Below are positions 59,418 through 64,000 of a DNA stretch of 64,000 nucleotides, piece after piece. The position numbers were made by a program, and so were the translations under genes. How positions within the stretch are numbered: position 1 is the stretch's first letter; each line of letters opens with the position of its first letter. The stretch comes from Candidatus Eiseniibacteriota bacterium (GTDB taxonomy: Bacteria; Eisenbacteria; RBG-16-71-46): assembly GCA_963707915.1 (NCBI GenBank), contig OY970178.1, positions 1,152,001 to 1,216,000 of the forward strand, written 5' to 3'. Under the pieces are notes generated by a model. The model was not told the origin of the DNA. It saw only the letters and a program-made list of their open reading frames with translations, and ran no database searches.

Positions 59418-60808
59418 GCGCCCCCCTCCCGCGCCGCCACCCGCGCCACCTCGTCCTTGAAGCGGCGGCCGCGGTCCTCGAAGTCGGCGAACATGTCGAA
59501 GGAGGCGCAGCCCGGCGAGAGCAGCACGGGCGCGGGGCCGCCCGGGGCGGTCCGCGCGGTCTCGTAGGCCAGGTCCACCGCCGCGGCGAGCGAGTCCGCG
59601 CGCAGCAGGCGCGCACCGGCCCAGTGCGCGGCGATGCGATCCGCGCCCTCGCCGATCAGCACCACGGCCAGCGCCCGGCGGCGCACCAGGTCGCCCAGCG
59701 GCATGAAGTCCTGCCCCTTGTCGCGGCCGCCGGCGATCAGCACGATCGGGCTCTCGAAGCTCATGAGCGCGACCTCGAGCGAGTTCACGTTGGTGGCCTT
59801 GGAGTCGTTCACGAAGGCCACCCCCGCGACCGTCGCGACCGGTTCGAGGCGGTGCTCGAGGCCACCGTACTCCCGCAGCACGGCACGCAGGGCGTCCGGC
59901 GCCGGTTCCAGGGGCATCACGGTGGTGACCGCGGCCAGCGCGTTGAGGACGTTGTGCGCCCCGCGCAACCCGATCTCGCGCGTCTCCATCACGTCCTCGA
60001 CCCCGCCGCGCCAGCCGAGCCGCACGCGCCCGTCCACGATCGCGGCGCCGTCCTCGACCGCGTGCCGGGCGGAGAACTCCAGCCAGGTGGCCGAGCCCGT
60101 GCGGCGCCTCGTCACCTCGGGGTCGTCGGCGTTCCAGACCGCGTAGTCGGCCTCGTCCTGGCGCGCGAACAGGCGCTGCTTCGCCGCCCCGTAGACGTCC
60201 ATGTCCCCGTGCCGGTCGAGGTGATCGGGGGTCAGGTTGAGCCAGGTGGCGACGAAGGGCTTGAGGCGGTCCACGGTCTCGAGCTGGAAGGACGAGACTT
60301 CGACCACCAGCAGTCCGGTGGGCGGCACGCTCTCGGCGACCTCGCAGAGCGCCCGGCCGATGTTGCCGCAGACCTCGACCTGGCGGCCGGCGCCGCGCAG
60401 CAGGGCGCCCGCCAGGTGCGCCGTGGTGCTCTTGCCGTTGGTGCCGGTCACGCACAGGAATGGCGCGTGCGCCGCGAGGTAGCCGAGCTCGAGCTCGGAG
60501 AACAGCGGCAGGCCGGCCGCGCGGGCCGCCGCGGCCACCGGGTGGGTGTCCGGCACGCCCGGGCTCCAGACCACGAAGTCGCGGCCCTCGAGGGCGCGCG
60601 GGTCGTCCGCGTCCCAGCTGGCGCACACCCCCTGGCGCAGGAGCTCGCGGCCCCACGCCCCGCCCTCCGGCCCGGCCAGCTTCGCATCGGCCAGGCGCAC
60701 GTCGAGCCCGTGCCGCGCGAGCAGCCGGGCGGCGGCGAGGCCGGAGCGCGCCGCCCCCATCACCAGGGGCCGGGAGCCGGGCAGCGGATGGCGGGCGTCG
60801 ACGGTCAT
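59414..60808 (-). CDS. murD: UDP-N-acetylmuramoyl-L-alanine--D-glutamate ligase
   Basis: Motifs SPGVP, TGTNGKST, GNIG, EVSSFQL, DHLDRH, NDSKATN and SPGCASFD. Confidence 0.97.
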   Translation of the reverse strand: MTVDARHPLPGSRPLVMGAARSGLAAARLLARHGLDVRLADAKLAGPEGGAWGRELLRQGVCASWDADDPRALEGRDFVVWSPGVPDTHPVAAAARAAGLPLFSELELGYLAAHAPFLCVTGTNGKSTTAHLAGALLRGAGRQVEVCGNIGRALCEVAESVPPTGLLVVEVSSFQLETVDRLKPFVATWLNLTPDHLDRHGDMDVYGAAKQRLFARQDEADYAVWNADDPEVTRRRTGSATWLEFSARHAVEDGAAIVDGRVRLGWRGGVEDVMETREIGLRGAHNVLNALAAVTTVMPLEPAPDALRAVLREYGGLEHRLEPVATVAGVAFVNDSKATNVNSLEVALMSFESPIVLIAGGRDKGQDFMPLGDLVRRRALAVVLIGEGADRIAAHWAGARLLRADSLAAAVDLAYETARTAPGGPAPVLLSPGCASFDMFADFEDRGRRFKDEVARVAAREGGA

Positions 60809-61896
60809 TGCAGCTTGAAGGTCGAGAGCGAGAGCAGGGCCAGGAGCACGCCCACGATGTAGAAGCGCAGGACCACGCGCGACTCGGGCCAGCCCTTGAG
60901 CTCGAAATGGTGGTGGATCGGCGCCATCCGGAAGACACGCTTCCCGAGGAACTTGTACGAGGCCACCTGGATCGTCACCGAGAACGCCTCCGCCACGAAC
61001 ACGCCTCCCACGAGCACCAGCCAGAACTCGCGCTTGATGAGCACGGCCACCACGCCGAGCGCCCCGCCGAGGGCGAGCGACCCGGTGTCCCCCATGAACA
61101 CGTCGGCCGGATGGCAGTTGTACCAGAGAAAGCCCAGCGTCGCCCCCACCACCGCCGCACAGAACACCGTCAGCTCCCCACTGTACGGCAGAGTCGTGAT
61201 GTTCAGGTAGGCGCTGATCTTGGCGTGGCCGCTGACGTAGCACATCCCGGCAAGGGTCAGTGCGGCGATGCCCACCAGTCCCGTGGCGAGGCCGTCGAGG
61301 CCGTCGGTCAGGTTCACGGCGTTGGACTCGGCGGTGACGACGAAGATGACCCAGGGGATGAACAGCCAGCCGAAGTCGATGTAGCGGAACTTGAGGAACG
61401 GGATATGGGTGGTCGTGGCCGAGAGCCCCGGCTCGGGCCACACCACGAGGGCGATGCCGACGAGGGCGCCGAGCAGGATCTGGCCCGCGAGCTTGTAGCG
61501 GCCGAGCAGGCCCTTGGGAAAGCCCTTCACCACCCGCAGGTAGTCGTCGAGGAAGCCCAGCGCGCCCAGCCACACCGTGGCGAGCAGGGCGAGCCACAGC
61601 GCGCGCGAGTGGAAGTTCCCCCACAGCAGCGTGGGCACGACGATCGAGGTGACGATGAGCAGTCCCCCCATCGTGGGGGTGCCGGCCTTCGCCAGGTGCG
61701 CCTGCGGTCCCTCGGCGCGGATCTTCTGCCCCAGCTTCACGCGCCGCAGCCAGGCGATCATGGCCGGCCCGAGCAGGTAGCACAGCAGCAGTGCCGTGAC
61801 CGCCGCGTAGGCGCTGCGCAGGGTGATGTAGCGGAAGACGTTCAGGATCGCGAGCCCGGGCACGTGGTGGAGCGGGTAGACCCATTCGTAGAACAT
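60805..61896 (-). CDS. mraY: Phospho-N-acetylmuramoyl-pentapeptide transferase
   Basis: Motifs KAGTPTMGG, GFLDDY, NAVNLTDGLDG, FMGDTGS and MAPIHHHFE. Confidence 0.98.
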   Translation of the reverse strand: MFYEWVYPLHHVPGLAILNVFRYITLRSAYAAVTALLLCYLLGPAMIAWLRRVKLGQKIRAEGPQAHLAKAGTPTMGGLLIVTSIVVPTLLWGNFHSRALWLALLATVWLGALGFLDDYLRVVKGFPKGLLGRYKLAGQILLGALVGIALVVWPEPGLSATTTHIPFLKFRYIDFGWLFIPWVIFVVTAESNAVNLTDGLDGLATGLVGIAALTLAGMCYVSGHAKISAYLNITTLPYSGELTVFCAAVVGATLGFLWYNCHPADVFMGDTGSLALGGALGVVAVLIKREFWLVLVGGVFVAEAFSVTIQVASYKFLGKRVFRMAPIHHHFELKGWPESRVVLRFYIVGVLLALLSLSTFKLQ

Positions 61897-63320
61897 CAGC
61901 CTGCCTCCCCCGTGCCCGCTCCCAGGCCTTCCAGGACCGTTTCGAGCGCCGCGCCGCGCGAGGCCTTGAGCAGCACGACCACGCCCTCGCCCAGGGCCCC
62001 GGCCAGCGCCTGGCGCAGGGCGGGCTTCCCGTCGAAGCACCGCACCGTCGTGCCGGCCTGGCGCGCCCCGGCCGCGTAGTCGTCCGCGTGCGCCCCGACC
62101 ACCCAGAGCTCGGCCTCGCGCACCTGCGCACCGGTCACGCGGTGGAGCGCGGCGGCGCGCGGGCCCAGCTCGAGCATGTCGCCGAGCACCGCGATGCGCC
62201 GGCGCGCCCCGGGCCACCCGGCGAGCGTCTCGAGCGCGGCGCGCATCGACTCGGGGTTCGCGTTGTAGCAGTCCACCAGCAGCAGGGCGCCCTTCACCTG
62301 CCTCGGCTCCATGCGCCCCTGCGTCCCGCGGACCTGCCCGAGCGCGGCGACCACCGCGGCGGGATCGAGCCCCGACTCGCGCGCCACCGCGAGGGCGGCG
62401 AGCGCGTTCGGCACCTGGTGCCCGCCCACCAGCCGCAGGTGGAGCGGCGGGAAGCCGGCGACCTCGATGCGGCTCCCGTCGGGCCCCAGGTCGGTCACGC
62501 GCTCGGGACGCACGTGCGCCGACCGCGACAGCCCGTAGCGGATCACGCGCGCCTTCACGCCCGCCAGCGCGCGCAGCAGGCGCGGCGAGTCCGCGCCGAC
62601 GAACAACGGCCGGTCGGCCTCGAGCGCGAACCCCAGGCTCGCCTTCTCGCGCGCCACGGCCTCGAGCGTGCCGAAGCCCTCCAGGTGCGCGCTGCCCGCG
62701 TTGGTGATCACCGCCGCGCCGGGCGCGGCGATCCCCGCCAGGGCGGCGACCTCCCCCGGGTGGTTCGAGCCGATCTCCACCACCGCCGTGCGGTGCTCGG
62801 GCCGGAGCCGCAGCAGCGTGAGCGGCACGCCCCACTGGTTGTTGAGGTTCCCCGCGCTGCGCAGCCCGGGGCCCGCCACGGAGAGCGCCTCCGCCACCAG
62901 TTCGCGCGTCGTGGTCTTGCCCGCGCTGCCGGTCACGCACAGCAGCAGGCCGTGCCAGCCGAGCCGGTGGCCGTGCGCGAGCCGCCCCAGGGCGGCGGTG
63001 ACGTCGTCGACCACCACCAGCGGCCCGGGCTCGCGGCCCCGCAGGGCCTCGTGGCGCCCGCGCTCGCACAGCGCCACGGCGGCGCCGCGGCGGAAGGCCT
63101 CCTCGAGGAAGTCGTGCCCGTCGGCGCGGCCGCCCGGCAGCGGCACGAAGAGCATCCCGGGCCGGAGCGTGCGGGTGTCGAGGCTCGCGCCCTCCACGGC
63201 GGCGGCGAGGAAGGCCTCGCGCGCGGCCGCCCCGGCGGGCACCTCGCGCACCACCAGGTCGCCGCCCGCCAGCCGGGCGATGCGCGGGAGCGTGAGGGCG
63301 GCGGGGGAAGTCGCGGTCAT
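61896..63320 (-). CDS. murF: UDP-N-acetylmuramoyl-tripeptide--D-alanyl-D-alanine ligase
   Basis: Motifs DGHDF, TGSAGKTTT, NLNN..GVP, YNANPESM, GDMLELG and LKASR. Confidence 0.96.
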   Translation of the reverse strand: MTATSPAALTLPRIARLAGGDLVVREVPAGAAAREAFLAAAVEGASLDTRTLRPGMLFVPLPGGRADGHDFLEEAFRRGAAVALCERGRHEALRGREPGPLVVVDDVTAALGRLAHGHRLGWHGLLLCVTGSAGKTTTRELVAEALSVAGPGLRSAGNLNNQWGVPLTLLRLRPEHRTAVVEIGSNHPGEVAALAGIAAPGAAVITNAGSAHLEGFGTLEAVAREKASLGFALEADRPLFVGADSPRLLRALAGVKARVIRYGLSRSAHVRPERVTDLGPDGSRIEVAGFPPLHLRLVGGHQVPNALAALAVARESGLDPAAVVAALGQVRGTQGRMEPRQVKGALLLVDCYNANPESMRAALETLAGWPGARRRIAVLGDMLELGPRAAALHRVTGAQVREAELWVVGAHADDYAAGARQAGTTVRCFDGKPALRQALAGALGEGVVVLLKASRGAALETVLEGLGAGTGEAG

Positions 63321-64000
63321 GCCCGGCCCCGCTCGCGCAGCAGCTCGCGCGCCACGTCGCGGTCGTCGAACGGCAGCACCCGGTCCCCGACGGACTGCGT
63401 GGTCTCGTGCCCCTTGCCGGCGATCAGCACCGCGTCCCCGGGGCGCGCGGCGGCGAGCGCCAGGCCGATGGCCGCCCGGCGGTCGAGCTCGAGATGCACC
63501 GGGCCGCCGGCGCCGCCCGCGCCCGCGAGGATCTCCTCCGCGATCGCCGCCGGGTCCTCGCCGCGCGGGTTGTCGCTCGTCACCCACACCTCGTCGGCCC
63601 CGGCACGGGCGGCGCGTCCCATGACCGGGCGCTTCGCCCGGTCGCGATCGCCGCCGCAGCCGAACACCAGCAGCAGGCGCCCGCGCACGTGCTCGCGGAT
63701 GGCGGCCAGCGAGCGCTCGAGCGCGTCGGGGGTGTGGGCGTAGTCCACGACCACCTCGAAGCCGGCGGCCGGGGCGACGCGCTCCAGCCGCCCGGGAACC
63801 CCCTCGACCGCCGCAAGGCCCGCCGCGGCGCGCGCGGGCGCCACGCCCAGCGCCAGCGCCGCGGCGAAGGCACCCGCGGCGTTCCAGGCGTTGTAGCGCC
63901 CGAGCAGCGGCAGCCGCACCTCGTACGCGCTTCCGGCCACCAGCTCGACCACCAGCCCGTCGGGCGCGGCGTCGACGCGCGCGATGCGCACGTCGGTCCC
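63317..64000 (-). CDS. murE: UDP-N-acetylmuramoyl-L-alanyl-D-glutamate--2,6-diaminopimelate ligase; 5' part outside the window
   Basis: Motifs VPGRLE, VDYAHTPD, FGCGGDRD, DNPR (meso-DAP type) and AGKGHE. Confidence 0.96.
   Translation of the reverse strand, partial: GTDVRIARVDAAPDGLVVELVAGSAYEVRLPLLGRYNAWNAAGAFAAALALGVAPARAAAGLAAVEGVPGRLERVAPAAGFEVVVDYAHTPDALERSLAAIREHVRGRLLLVFGCGGDRDRAKRPVMGRAARAGADEVWVTSDNPRGEDPAAIAEEILAGAGGAGGPVHLELDRRAAIGLALAAARPGDAVLIAGKGHETTQSVGDRVLPFDDRDVARELLRERGRA

Overview
A very GC-rich bacterial chromosomal window with no rRNA, tRNA, CRISPR array or transposase that I could recognise. The high GC, the Wzi-like and lipid A/PIM-type acyltransferase genes, and an S8 protease with a FlgD-Ig/T9SS-like C-terminal domain suggest a diderm FCB-associated lineage such as Ca. 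Eisenbacteria; this is inference only. Most long ORFs in the supplied track are antisense or off-frame GC artefacts, so I re-called the starts by eye. Left to right the window holds: (1) a minus-strand operon uvrB-nadC-birA-tatC-coaX-M28 peptidase, preceded by REP-like hairpin repeats; (2) a DUF4139 protein and a surface-glycosylation cluster (deacetylase, FAD oxidoreductase, GT2, wecB, two GT-C proteins, Wzi-like protein, epimerase) around valS; (3) a ~16 kb minus-strand regulatory island; (4) a PatA/PimA-like acyltransferase-GT4-MFS operon, a PAS hybrid kinase and an S8 protease; (5) a zinc-ribbon protein, recG, rpmB and a TPR protein; (6) the dcw cluster murE-murF-mraY-murD-ftsW-murG-murC-ftsQ-ftsA-ftsZ, without murB or ddl. 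The island in (3) is the best candidate for an undescribed system. It carries the flagellar regulators (sigma28 FliA/WhiG, FlgM, FlhG, CsrA, and a PAS kinase with a sigma54 activator) but no flagellar structural gene. It also encodes a sigma-region-4-only protein, a DHp-only protein, a degenerate GGDEF protein with an intact RxxD I-site, a Wzc-like pseudokinase with an acidic repeat tail, and an orphan MglA GTPase. One sigma54 promoter and three identically spaced sigma28 promoters can be read directly from the DNA.
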